This document shows positions 12,733 to 32,040 of a stretch of DNA of 64,000 bases, piece after piece. Position 1 is the first letter of the stretch. The number at the start of each line of letters is the position of its first letter. A model generated the notes under the pieces. That model was not told the DNA's origin and searched no databases. It saw nothing but the letters and a program-made list of their open reading frames with translations. The stretch spans positions 512,001 through 576,000 of the forward strand of contig CM000152.2 in NCBI GenBank assembly GCA_000004695.1. The letters run 5' to 3'. Position numbers and translations under genes: made by a program. The stretch comes from Dictyostelium discoideum. Taxonomy: Eukaryota.

Positions 12733-13260
12733 ATAATTATTATTATTATTATTATTTGAAAATAAATATTGAATAGAATCTCTAATTAATGTTGATTTAT
12801 CTAATAATATGGTAAATATGAAACTGAAATATTCATTTCCTATATATTTATAAGAGAATACAGCAAAATAACTTAATTCATGTTCATAGCCTTCTTTTTT
12901 TTGATGAAAAGTGAACCAGTCAAAAATAATAAATAATCTAATAATTTCATTATCTGAATTAATATAACTGAACCAAAATTCAATTGCTTCATCGTATGGT
13001 ATTATATCATAACAATAATTTTTAAATCCAAATTCTATCCATAATTTATCATATGTAAAATCTGAAATATTGGTTAAATTATTTTCTTTGATTTTTTTTA
13101 TTATTGATTCTCTATTATTTTTATAACCACCATTATAATATTGTTTTGATGGTTCGGAAATAATTGCTCTATAAAAATTTCTTAATTTAAATGTTTTAAT
13201 TTTATATCTGACATCTTTAAAAATATCAAATAAATCTTCGAGAATTTGTTCTTGTGTTAT
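11540..13260 (-). CDS. Hypothetical N/T-rich protein, probably multi-exon. The 5' end and internal splice sites are unresolved. The 3' exon is the 238-aa ORF 11540..12256, which extends upstream in frame through a poly-Thr tract
   Basis: On the minus strand, an open frame at 12757..13260 (ENITQEQILEDLFDIFKDVRYKIKTF...SIQYLFSNNNN...) has no ATG and has a stop immediately upstream, implying an upstream exon. A pure (AAT)n/poly-Asn tract lies at 12640-12760. The terminal ORF (MDTTINHGESS...KHLIF) is preceded in frame by ...NEPNTTTTTTITTTT. No domain is recognised. Its last 13 or so codons lie inside a sequence duplicated from the dhk 3' end (see the repeat features). Confidence 0.35.
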
Positions 13261-13687
13261 GTTTTCTTATTTGATTTTTTAATATTATTTATTATTGTTT
13301 CTCTTTATCATTAAATTCTTTATGAATATTAATAATTGGGTTAACAATAACATAGGAATTATATGTATTTATTTTCATTGTTTCTTTATATACATATAAA
13401 GGATTTTAAAAAAAAAAAAAAAAAAGAGATTTAATTTTTAATTTTGGAATATCATTTTTAAAAAACTAAAAAATATAAAAAAAACCCATGTTTACATTCC
13501 CGGAGGTTATTGGACATTTTTTAAAATCTTTTTGGATTTTCGTATTTTTTTTTTTATTATTAGAATAAAAATTAATTCGGTTCCGTTTTTTGATTTGATC
13601 TTTTTTTAAATTTTATTTTTTAATTTTATTTATTTTATTTTATTTTATTTTTAAAAAATAAATTTATTATAATGTGTTTTTTTAATA

Positions 13688-19677
<5,990 letters not shown>

Positions 19678-19721
19678 TTTTTTTTTTTTTTTAATTTTTT
19701 TTTTTTTTTTTTACTCTATTT

Positions 19722-19780
<59 letters not shown>

Positions 19781-19790
19781 TTATTTATTT
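19722..19790. repeat. (ATTT)n tetranucleotide microsatellite (~16 units) in the histidine-kinase upstream region
   Basis: tatttatttatttatttattta... run directly visible, about 50 bp upstream of the dhk start codon at 19677. Confidence 0.9.
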
Positions 19791-20254
19791 TTTTTTTTTT
19801 AAAAAAAAAATAAAACTACTAATAATGAAAATGTTAACATATATTTAATAAATATTTTATTATCTAAAACTGAAATTATTAAAAATATTACCTTATAAAA
19901 AAAAAAAAGTTTTAATATACCTAAATTGGACTATTTTCTATGATAATTTTTTTTTAAAAAAAAAAAAAGGTTTTCTTATCCTTTATAGTTGATACATCTC
20001 TCTTTCATATAGATCAAAAAAAAAACTATGGTATATTTATTTTTTTTTATTTATTTTTATTTATTTATTTTTTTTTTTTTTTTTTGAATATTTGTTTGTG
20101 TAGTTACTGTATTGAAGGTATTAATAGATTTTTTCAAAAATGAGTGGTAAGTTTTTAATATAAAAAATATCTAAAGATTTGAATTGGAATGCCAATAATT
20201 GAAATAGTATGACTTTATATGATATTTATTACAAAAAAAGGAAGAGAGAAAGAG

Positions 20255-20286
<32 letters not shown>

Positions 20287-21250
20287 AAATAAAAAAAACA
20301 ATTTGGAAACCTTAATAAATAAATATGGCAAAAAATAGATTTAAATTTTTTTTTAAAAACAATACATACTGTTGCAATTATTTTTGACATTAAAATTTAT
20401 TAATTTTTTAAAACAGGTGTGGAGTGTGACACTAAAAAAAAAAAATTTCACTGTACGGTGTGTTTGGTGTGTTTTTTTTTTTTTTTTTTTTTTTTTCTTA
20501 AAGTGGTTAGGTTTGGTGGTACATATAATTTTTTTAAAAATAATAATAATAATAAAAAATAATAATAATTTTTTTAAATTTTAAAAAAAAAAAATAAAAA
20601 AAAAAAAAAAATAAAAAACAAACAAAAAAGGTTATTTTATAAATATGGTAAATTATAACTTTTAATTTTTGTTTTTTTTTTTATAAATTTAAAAATAAAA
20701 ATTAATTGAAGTGCATTCAAATAAAAACGATCTTAAAAAAACCTTTCATTATTTTTTTTTTTTAATATATTCATAATTGTTTTTTAATTTTTTTTTAATT
20801 TTTTAATATAAACAATAATAAAATAATTATAATAATAATAAATAATAATAAATTTAAATGATTTTTATTTTTACTAAAATGTTTAGATTATTTTGATTGG
20901 TTTTTTTTTTTTTTTTTTTTTTTTTCATTTCACTAAATTATTTATTTAATTCCTGTCAGTGATTAAACTTTTTTTTTTTTTTTACTATTTTCTATTATTA
21001 ATTTATTTATTATTTATTTATTTCCAGTGGTTAAATTTTTTTTTTTTTTTTTTAAATTAATAAAAAAAAAAAAATAAAAAATAAAAAAAAAAAAAATAAA
21101 AATAAAAATAAAAACAATAATAATAAAAAAAAAAAAAAAAATGAAAATAAGTGATTGTTTAAATTTGAAATCTTTTTTATTTTTATAAAAAAAAAAAAAA
21201 TAATAAAAAAAAAAAAAAAATTAATAATTACCAATTGATAAAGAATTTTT

Positions 21251-22111
21251 TTAAGAAGAAGATGTTGAGATTAAAGGAGATCTCTCATGTTGCACAGGAA
21301 ATTCCAAACCAGATAATATTGTATAATTAATTGCTATTGGTAAGAACCATGTTAAAGGATTTTTACCAAAAACTTGACAAAAGTTTTTTTTAAAACCTAT
21401 ATTAAATATATTTGCTCTTGAACCATCATTACCTTTATCATCTCTTCCTAAATTTCTATTATTACTACTATTATTGCCACTACTTTTATTATTTTTTTCG
21501 AAATGTTCAATTGTAGTTTCATTATAAAGTATATATTTGATATGGGTCATTGTAAAAAAGAAAAGTCCCAAACCAAATACTAATGCTATAATTGAAACTA
21601 TTCCTAATACTACACTATCTGATCCCTGTTTAAAAATAAATTTCATTTTTTTTTTTTTTTTAATTCCCATTATATAATTTTAAAAAAAAAAAAAAAAAAA
21701 AAAAAGTATTTACTTACTTGTTGCAATAAATTTTTAAGATTTGCTGAAGTTGTACATAAAACAAATAAACATAAGGTTGTACTCCACATAAGAAATAAAA
21801 CAAAGAATTTATAGTTATAAAAGCCAACACAATTATTTATGAATGGGCTATTATAATTATTATTAATTTCAAAGAGTTAATAAATAAATAAAATAACTAT
21901 TAATTAATTGTTTTTCGTTTTATTAAATACATACCAATGATGATCCATTTTTAATATACATCTTTTACATTTTGAACAATGATGACATCTATCTGGTTTA
22001 TTCAATGAACATTTTGAACATTTTCTATTCTTTCCTGAACTATTAAATTCATAAAATGAAACTGATTCTAAATCCTGTGATTGAAGTAACTAATGTTTTT
22101 AGGTTAGTAAT

Positions 22112-22144
<33 letters not shown>

Positions 22145-22528
22145 TTATTTATTTATTTATTTATTAATAATGATAAATTACAAAATCTGGAAAATTATTT
22201 GGAATACCACCTGGGTCAGTAAAAGAAGCTCTATAAAAGCATATTTGAGTAATTATAAATATCAAATGAAAGAAAACCAATACTAAAAGATTACCAATTC
22301 GATTGTTGTCAAAATTATTATAAATGTTTTTTGTATAATAAAAAACGAATGGGATATAACAAAAGAGGAATAATCCTTCTAAAAATATAATTGGACATAG
22401 ACCTAAATTTATCCTACTCCTCCAAAATTCTTGTTTTTTTTTAATTATTATTATTTCATTTCCATTATTTTGTTCTAAACTTTTTTCAATTTCATCTTCA
22501 ATACTAAAATTATTATTATTATTACTAC

Positions 22529-22622
<94 letters not shown>

Positions 22623-22784
22623 GTTGTTATTATTACTACCACTACCACCACTACTATTTAAACTTGTATTTGTTGAACTATAATTTTTATTTTCATCACC
22701 ATCATCATGAAAGTTTTCTTCATTTATTATAACTTTCATACTGTTGGAATTCCAATATGGTGACTGATTGTCATTCTCTTTCAT
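21251..22784 (-). CDS. DHHC-type zinc-finger protein S-palmitoyltransferase with four transmembrane segments. About four exons (approx. 22784..22180, 22094..21948, 21849..21735, 21665..21251)
   Basis: Exon 1 ([11 protein letters not shown]...poly-N...[29 protein letters not shown]...[30 protein letters not shown]) ends at a GTAATT donor. Exon 2 encodes [51 protein letters not shown] and ends at GTATGT. Exon 3 completes the motif: [32 protein letters not shown]... (DHHC-CP-x-NNCVG). Exon 4 is the ORF 21251..21670, with TM helices and a C-terminal [12 protein letters not shown] tail. All junctions are in frame. Confidence 0.8.
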
Positions 22785-23598
22785 TTTTTATTTTTTTTTT
22801 ATTTATTTATTTAAATTTATAACTGCCAATGGGAGAGAAAAAAAAAAAATAGGGGCGTTACATATAAAGTTTGAAAAAAAAAAAAAAATAAAAAATAAAA
22901 AAAAAAAAAAAAAAAAACCGGAAAATTTTTTTTAATTATTTTTTTATTTAAAATTAATTATTTTTTTTTTTTTAAGAATGATTATAAATATACTTATATA
23001 TAATTTATTTAAAATTTTTTTTAAAGAATGATTATAAGCATACTTATATATAATTTTTTTTATATTTATTTATATTAATTTTCAGCAATACCTAAAAAGA
23101 AAATTGATAATAATAAAAAAAAATAAATATAGAAAAAAATTTACCATATTGAAAATAATATTTATTTTTTTTTTTTTTTCCAAATAAAAACAATTGGAAA
23201 TTCCATAAATGTCAATGTGATATTGAACATAGAAAGAAGATTAATTTTTTTTTTTTTTTCCAAGATCCAGTTTTAGAAAATAATTAGAATCAAGAAAAAT
23301 TCAGCAAGCAATCGAACATCAATCAATAAAAAACACACAATTTCTATAAAAAAATAAAAATAAAATTCTAGCAATATCTCAAATTGATTTTTTTTGTTTT
23401 GGTTTTGTTAATTAATTTTTTTTTTTTTTTAACTTTTTTTTTTTTTTTTTTTTTTTATTAAGATCTATATCATCTATATCTTATGTGATGTAAAAAAAAA
23501 TTCTTATATTATTATTATTTTTTTTTTCATTTTTTTATTTTTTTTATTTTTTTTTATTTTGATACTTTTATTTTTTTTTTTTTTTTTTTTTTATTTAT

Positions 23599-26500
23599 TT
23601 ATTCATCACCAACATGAATTAATTGATCAATACCCAATTTCATATGATTTAATTCACGATATCTTTGTTCACAAGTTTTTTCTAAAAGATCCTTTTTAGT
23701 GATAATACCTTTGAGTTTGTTATTTTCATTTACAACAGGCATATGACGTAAACCCATTGTTCTGAATAATTGAAAAGCTTCACTAACTGCAAATTCAACG
23801 TTAACGGTGATTACAGTTAAATTCATAACATCGGAAAGATCAATCTCTTGAGAGTAATCAGCTGGATCGAAATTGAAATCATTGACCGATGGTAATTTCC
23901 AGGTTAATTTGGTGGTATATTCAATGTGAGAATAGATTGCTTCAGAGTTTGGAATGTAAACATCAGAGATACGTTCTAAAATCATTAATAATTGAGTACG
24001 TAAAATGAGACCTTTGACCAACTTCTCCTCGTCATTGTTGACCACTGGGAAACCATTGTGACGAGTTTCTTTCAAGACACGAAGATATTGCCCAAGGTGT
24101 CTTTCTCTGCCAAATAGACTGGTTTCTTTGCCATGATATGTTTACACATCATCAATTTCATCTCTTTGGATTGATCTAGTTCGAGGTATGGAATGTATTT
24201 CATTTGCATCAAAAGATCAAACAATGGATGAATGAGAGCATCGGCAACCCATTTGGCAGTCATAACTGTCAACATCAATGGTAAGAGATATTTTAGACGA
24301 TCTGTGATCTCAATGAGAATAACAGTTAAACTAATGGTAAGACGAGATACACCACCCATGAAGGCAGCTGCACCCATCACTGCGTAAATACCAGGATCAA
24401 TGCTGACCTTGTCACCCAAAATATGGTAAACCACCAAACCTACGAAACGACCATACGACGCACCAATAACAAGCATCGGTACAAGGGTACCCGTTGCAAC
24501 AGCGCAACCAGCAGTATAGGCAGCGAAAAACAAATAGAAAATACAAAACAAAAACATTGGCCACAAACCCAACCGTTCAGTATTGGTAACATTATTTGAA
24601 TTGACCTTTAGTAAATTGGTGATTGACTCCTCATAGGATGCGAAAATAAGTGTTGCCATTGGATTATACCAACCCTCCTTACAATTGAATCTCTTGAATT
24701 CACTCAACTCTTTAAGAGTCTCTGCTGGATCATATGAAACACCCGTACCATTGGTGATTGTACTATTATAGATTGAACTATTATAGAATTTACTATTATA
24801 GATTGTACCATTGGCGATTGTACTATTGTAGAATGTACCATTGATGATGGTACTATTATAGAATGCACCATTGGTTAATGTAACATCGGTGAGTGTACTA
24901 TTACCGACAGAAGGGATGAATGGTGCAGTATTTTGACAAGAGAAAAACAATGGTAAAAAGAATTGAATGCAAGTTGAGAGACCAATGATTAAAAACACCT
25001 CCAACACACGTAAACTCTTGATTTTATTGATTTTCTCACGACGAAACTCTGTAACCTTTACATTGATCCATGTGAAGAGGGCCCCACCCAAACCACCCAA
25101 AACACCAATCAAAAGGAATGGAATGATCTCGAACCAATTGTAAGACTCCTTATCACCAATACCAGTGTTGAAAATGATTAAACCTGTTAAACTACCCGAA
25201 TTGGATTGAAGTACGTTCATAGTGTAAGTGGCGACCATGCAACAAAAGAAAGCTCTCCAAGTGAGTGCAATCGACCAAAACGACGACACCTCCTCCAAAC
25301 TAAACAATGTGCCACCCAATGGGGCAGAGAAGGCTGCTGCAACACCTGCACCTGCACCACTGGTAACAAAGTCTCTCTTATCCTTATCATTTCTAAATGA
25401 TCTTAGGAATGGAATTTTAAAACCAAACTCTTTGCTCTGTGCTTGTGAAAAACCGTTACCAACAATAGCACCAATATGAATCATTGGACCCTCTGAACCA
25501 GCTTGTAAACCACTACTAACTGCCAAAACCATTGATAAAAATTTAGTCCACAATGTCTTCATCTTCAATGTATGTGGTATCTTTGTTCCATTCAAATATC
25601 CCTTCACCTCTGGTATACCCGATCCTGCTGCTGTTGGTTCATAATAAACTGCCAACAATGATGAACAAGTTGCCAATAATGTATTTAATAAAAAGTATGT
25701 TAAAAATGCTAAAAATAAATCCAATTCCAAAACTAAAAAAAAATAAAAAATATTAATATTAATATTTACATATTATTTATTATTATTATTATTTATTATT
25801 AAGTTAAATTTACTTACCTGCTTCAACAAATTTAAATTTATATTTTGTAATATTTGAAACACAAGCATGTGAGAAATATGCGATTACACCAATAAAGATA
25901 CCCATAAATAATGAAACTATCCAACGTAAAACTTCGTGATCAGAGGCTAATTTTGAAAAGTTTTTATACAACTCATTACGATGGGCTTTGTTGTAGATGG
26001 TGACGTAATCTAGACATTCATACTTTTGAATTTGTAATTTATCTTTGAACCAAACTGCACGCTCTGCTACCTCGTGTTGTTCAGCCCTACGATGATGCTG
26101 CTCACGAATATTGTCTACTGGTTTCATTGTGGTTTGGGCAATGGTCTTCCAACCCTCTTCAATGGCCTTATTGGAATGCTTCACACGTGTCTCTATCTTT
26201 TTATTGGACTCGCCAATCTTTTGTTTAATCTTTTTATTTGTCTTTCCAAAAGTTTTACTCACTTTAGCTCCAAATGAATCACCCTCCCTAATATCGTCAC
26301 TTGACCCATACAAATTCTTTGGTCTATATGTTGAATGATCTCTAACAATTGGTTGTAATATTATACCATCCTCAGTCTCCTCCTCCTCTCCCTCTTCATT
26401 CTCAATGTATGCTCTTCTTTCTTCATCATCACCATCATCATCATATGATTCTGTTAATCTTTCTTCTTCTTGAATTCTAACTTTTTTTTTACTCTTTTTT

Positions 26501-26688
26501 TTTTCTGATACGCTTGAATTATTATTATTATTGTTATTATTATTATTGTTGTTGTTGTTGTTGTTGTTATTATTATTATCATCACCATCTCTTGCTAAAG
26601 ATTCGCTTGGACTATATAATTCATCTATTGATGGACTTTTATTACCATCATTCGGGTTCCCATTATCAAATGGATTCCCGCTTGACAT
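23599..26688 (-). CDS. CLC-family voltage-gated chloride channel / Cl-/H+ exchanger with C-terminal CBS domains. 5' exon 26688..~25810, intron ~25732..25809, main exon to ~24075. There is an apparent frameshift between the transmembrane core (ORF 24072..25730) and the CBS region (ORF 23599..24075)
   Basis: Exon 1 encodes an acidic, N-rich N-terminus ending …LRWIVSLFMGIFIGVIAYFSHACVSNITKYKFKFVEAG (CLC helix B region) at a GTAAGT donor; a TAG acceptor follows ~78 bp downstream. Exon 2 carries the CLC hallmarks GSGIPE (selectivity-filter helix D), GKEGP (helix F), GxFxP, and PMLVIGASYGRFVG(L), plus a glycan-rich extracellular loop. The CBS part (…LKETRHNGFPVVNNDEEKLVKGLILRTQLL… and …GLRHMPVVNENNKLKGIITKKDLL) is in a different frame. 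The 'M' heading the 24072..25730 ORF in the ORF track is a TTG codon, not an ATG. Confidence 0.8.
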
Positions 26689-27319
26689 ATTTAAGATATC
26701 GTTTTTTGACTAATATTACAAAAATAATAATATATAAATATAAATTATATATATATATTTTTTAAAAAATATAAAAATAAAAATTTTAAAAAAATAAAAA
26801 AATAAAAAAAAAAAAAATAAAAAAAATGCCCAATGTGTGTAGGAAAAAAAAAAAAATTGAAAAAAAAAAAAAAAAATTTAAAAAAAAATTTTTTTGATAA
26901 CTTTTGGTTATGGTGGTGCAACCGAGGGAAAAAATCGGTTAAAATATTGTGATATTTTCAAAGTTTTTGATAAGGTACTAACCAGACTCATAAGGTATTT
27001 TTTATTTATTTTTTTTTTATTTTTTTTTTTATTTTTTATAATTAATTAAATTTTATTTTTTATTTTTTATTTTTTTTTTTTGTTTTTTAAAAGGTTTGTG
27101 ATCATAATTCTAAAACAATATCACTAGCCTGGCTTATCCACTTTTTTTTTTTTGTTTATTTTTTTTTTTCGATTAGTTTTTTCATTTTTTTATTTTTTTA
27201 TTTTTTTATTTTTTTTTATATTTTTTTTTTATAACAAATTTTTCCGTATAATATTATGATTATTGCTTAAAACATCCATTACTTATTTTTTTATTTTTCA
27301 ATAAAATGAATTAGAATAG

Positions 27320-27353
<34 letters not shown>

Positions 27354-27709
27354 ATAATAAAATTTCTTAATTAAGTAATTTGTCAAATATTTTCACCAAA
27401 AAATATATATTTAAAAAAAAAAAAAAAAAAAAAAGGTAATGATCATTTACAAATATTTTAATTGAAAGGATTATAGCCCAAACTAAAATTGTCTTTGGTG
27501 ATGTTAATTTATTTATTATTATTATTTTTTTTTTGAGTTGTTTCTATTTTTATATTGATTATTATTTTTTTTTTTTAAACCTAAAAAAAATCCTCAAATA
27601 TGATTGTTTAAAATCCAAAATAATACTTCAATTTTTTTTTTAAATAAAAAAAACTAAAGAATTTCAAAAAATAATCAATTTTAAATCTAAACAAATAAAA
27701 ATCCATATG

Positions 27710-27763
<54 letters not shown>

Positions 27764-27873
27764 GAATTTTTATTCGTTATTTTTTTTTATTTTTTATTTT
27801 TTTTTTTGTTTGAATTTTTCACAATTTTTTTTATTTGTTTATATTTTTTGGTGTAAATATTTGATTTTAAAAA

Positions 27874-29072
27874 ATGCAAGAAATTATTAAATGTAGAGAA
27901 CAATTAGAAAAAGCAATAAAAGATGGAGAGTTTGATAAAGCTCTTGAATGTTTAAAAAATGCAAAAAATTTTAAAATTACAAAAGATCTTTTAAAGGTAA
28001 TAATATATTTTTTTTTTATTTAATTACTATTATTTATTTAATTCCTTATTTTAATATTTAAAATTTATAGAGTACAGATATTGGAAAATCAGTAGGTAAA
28101 CTTAGAGCACATAAGGATATTGGCATTTCAAGTCAAAGTAAAGAATTAATTGATAAATGGAAGCAAGATATAGAAGGTACATCAGCAACAACAACATCAT
28201 CATCATCATCATCATCTTCATCAACTACAAGCACAACTACAACAAAAACAGCATCACCAAGTGAGTCATTAAAAAGAAAATCAATATCTGAAGATACATC
28301 AGATAGACCTACTTCAAAACCTCTTTTACAAGAAAATAAAAAGATTTCACCACCAACTACACCAAAAACATCATCACCACCAATTGCGTCATTAATTGCA
28401 CCAATCACAGGTGCAAACGCAGATCTTAGAAATAAAACAATTCAATTATTTGTCGAAGCTTTGACAACTGATAATGATGAAACAATGTCACCACCAGAGG
28501 ATATAGCGGTTGAAATCGAAGCAGAAATGTATGACATCTATAGAGGTGTCTCTAAAGAATATAAAGAAAAACTTAGATCTTTTAAATTCAATCTTAAAAA
28601 GAATGATATATTAAGATTATCTTTATTGAATAGACAAATTTCAGTTGCAAAATTTTGTTCAATGGATATTTATGTAAATATTTTATTATTATTATTATTA
28701 TTATTGTTTGGTTTTTTTTTTTTTACTAATTCATTTTTTCATATTAATAATTATAGTCAATGGCAAGTGATGATTTAAAAGAGGAAAGAAAGAAATTAGA
28801 TAAATTTAATACAGAAGCTTCAATGCTTGGTCAAAATAATGAAGCAACTACCGATCAATTTCAATGTGGTAAATGTAAACAAAGAAAATGCACATATACT
28901 CAATTACAAACTCGTTCAGCAGATGAACCTCCAACTACTTTGTATGTATTCATTAATATCAGGATTTTGTATAGTTAAATTATTTTTCGAGTATACTAAT
29001 AATTTTATTTTATATTTATATAGTGTTAAATGTTGTGTAAAGGGTTGTGGTAATCGTTGGCGTTTTTGTTAA
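27874..29072 (+). CDS. Transcription elongation factor TFIIS (S-II), four exons (approx. 27874..27996, 28071..28673, 28757..28941, 29034..29072)
   Basis: Exon 1 MQEIIKCREQLEKAIKDGEFDKALECLKNAKNFKITKDLLK is the TFIIS N-terminal LW domain, ending at GTAATA. Exon 2 starts STDIGKSVGKLRAHKD..., runs through a S/T/P-rich linker and the central domain (TIQLFVEAL...EMYDIYRGVSKEYKEKLRSFKFNLKKN...LRLSLLNRQISVAKFCSMDIY), and ends at GTAAAT. Exon 3 encodes SMASDDLKEERKKL...FQCGKCKQRKCTYTQLQTRSADEPPTT, ending at GTATGT in phase 2. Exon 4 encodes FVKCCVKGCGNRWRFC*, giving the canonical C-terminal zinc ribbon CxxC...RSADEP...CxxCGNRW. Confidence 0.9.
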
Positions 29073-29186
29073 ATATATAATCAAGATTTTTTTTTTCTTT
29101 TTTTTTTTTTTTTTTTTTTTTTACTTTAGTTTTTTAATTTTATTTTTTATTTTTTTTTTTCCTTCAAATATATAATTTTAATTTTA

Positions 29187-29254
<68 letters not shown>

Positions 29255-29491
29255 TAATATAAAAAAACACTGGAAATACCAACTTTCGATTTTTAGTATA
29301 TTTCTTTTTTAAAACTATAATTAAAGAAAGAATTAAAAAAAAAAAAAAAAAAATTTATAAATAAATAAAAAAAATAAAAAATAAAAAAAAAAGGTGTACA
29401 ATATATATATATATATATATATATTTTTAATTTATATTTTTTTATTTTTATTTTTTTAAATAAATAATTTAAATATTATTTTTTATTTTTT

Positions 29492-31982
29492 TTATAAAGT
29501 TGAAGAAGGTAAAGTATAAGATAAATTTGTATAGAAACCATCTTGATTTGGAGAAACATTTGGATTTGTAGCATTGATATGGTAAATGTATTCCCAATAA
29601 ACGTCATCAATTTTAGCACCACCTCTATTGAAAGATTCAGCTGGAGAACCTGTTAAAACTGGGTTAACAATTTTAACGAATAAATGAGTTTGATCGAAAT
29701 AGTATTTGGTTCCATTACTACTTCTAACTTCAGCAGCAGATGAAGCAAGAGTACAATTGAAACCATAAGCATTTTGCCAAGCCCATTTATTTTCAGTTGA
29801 AATGGTGAATGTTGTACCTGGTGGATATGGAATTGCCAAAAAGATATATTGTTGATAGGCGACTTGGGCAGCCCAAACTTGTAAATAGGTTGGTGAACCA
29901 CCATCTAACCATAACATCCAGCCTGTGCTAGTGATACCAGTGATACCGGCATTACGGGTGATTGCTGTCTTTCTAACATCAGTGATACCATCACCGAATA
30001 AACTAACACTACCAACGAATGAATCACCTTCGTTTTGTTCACCACGAATAATTAAATTTGGTACCCAAAATTCGATATTACCAACGGATTTGCTACCTTT
30101 TTGACATACCCAAATGGTCCAGTCATTGTTGTATGTGCATTTACTATCGTCGTAGGACCACCATTTTTCATGTGAACCAACGATAGTTGGAACATGTGTA
30201 CCAACTAATGAACCATCCCAATCGATGAAATTAAAGAATCTAGATGATCCTGAATCTGGAACGATCTTATGACCAATGATTTGTGCTGGTAAAATATTTT
30301 CAAGGGTGATATTAATCGTTGATGAAATGAATTGTGGTTTATAAAGATCACTGAATGTCAAGGCGATAATTACAACATTATCATCATCTGGATAAACAGA
30401 AGTTGGATTTTGAATGAAATTTCTAAATGTAATATGAGAGAGGATAGTTGTAACGTAGGTATCATAAAATTGGAATCCTTGTCTATTGTATGATTGTGAT
30501 TTACTAAGAATATTGCCGGTTTAACCATCAACAATTGCATTTGATAACCATGCTGCACCAAATAATGATGCTGGTCTCATTGAATCATATGCTTCTAATC
30601 CAACAACTTCAACACGATCACCCCAATGTCCTAAACCAAGATTACTTAAATATACTTTAGTATTATTAAATCTCATCCATAGGTATGTACTTGAATCATA
30701 TGAAAAAATACCATCTTTACATGTTGGTCTTGAATGTCTACCTGTATTATAAACTAATAATCCAGTTACTTCATCAGTTATTAATCTTTTTTTTTTTTTT
30801 TTTTTTTTTTTCAAAAAATAAATATTTTTAAAAGTATTAATAATAATTTCATTTATAAAATTTTAAACTATATATATAATTAAAAATTTAGATCTTACTT
30901 TCCACCAACGTAAATTGATGAACCAGAAATCCATTGATAGCCACTTGAATGTGCTGTATTACCTTCAAATACTTTAGTTGTAAATGCTTGTGGTTCCATT
31001 TCAACATTTTTATGATTTCCAATTGGTTTTTCAAGATTTGGGAAACTAAAACCTGCCCAACCACCAGATGCAGAGTTACCAATAATTGTATTATATGCAT
31101 TGGTGATATAGAATCCACTAATAAATAAAAAAATAAAATAAAAAAAACAAATAATTGTTATTAATAGTTTTTTTTAAAAAAAAATAATAATAAATAATTA
31201 AAACTTACCCAGCTGCTGAATCTGCTGGTTGAGTAAGATTTTCATTTTCATAATAAGTTTCACCAGTTTGTGCACCACCTGCTGCTGGTTCACCAATTGT
31301 GTGAACAAATGCAGCTAAATTGTAAGATAAAGTATTATCCATTTCAACACCATCCTCTAAATAATAACAATGTCCATTAACATCAAAAGCAACATTTCTA
31401 GTTAACGTTAAATTATTTGTACCGTGAATAGTATAACAACGATAATAGCTTTTAGTTACAACACAATCAGAGATATAAGATTTTTGGACAACATTTGCTA
31501 AATGGAAGTGAAGTGGATATCTTGCTTTAACATTTCTTTGACCCATCTTTTTCAATTGAATACCTGCAAACTATTATTTAAAATTTTAAAAAATTAGAAT
31601 AAATAATTTTAAAAAAAAAAAAAAAAATAATTTAAATATTTACTTGTCCTTCACCAGATACTAAAACATGACCACCAAATGAATCTTGATCAGATTCATC
31701 ATTACCTTGGAAAATAATTCTTCTTGATAATAAAGCAACTTCAGCTTGATATTCTTTGCCACCATAATGATAAAATTTAATTGGGGTAGTAAATTCAATA
31801 GCTTTTCCTAATATTGATTTAATTGTTAATACTTCATTTTGATTATCTATTTCATCTTTAAATTGACTTGTTGTTATTAAAACTTGTTGGCCAACTTCCC
31901 AATTAATATTATCTTGAACATAAATAATTCTATCACCTAAATTCATAATTTTTTTTTTTTTTGATTAAAGAATTTTAATATC

Positions 31983-32040
<58 letters not shown>

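Noticed and set aside
25730-25733. ORF-track start codons shown as M at 25730 (CLC) and 54050
   Set aside because: Inspection of the bases shows that these codons are TTG, so they are not ATGs. The ORF finder reports alternative starts as M. The CLC exon is entered by splicing from the upstream exon (GTAAGT…TTTTAG), and no real start is present here.
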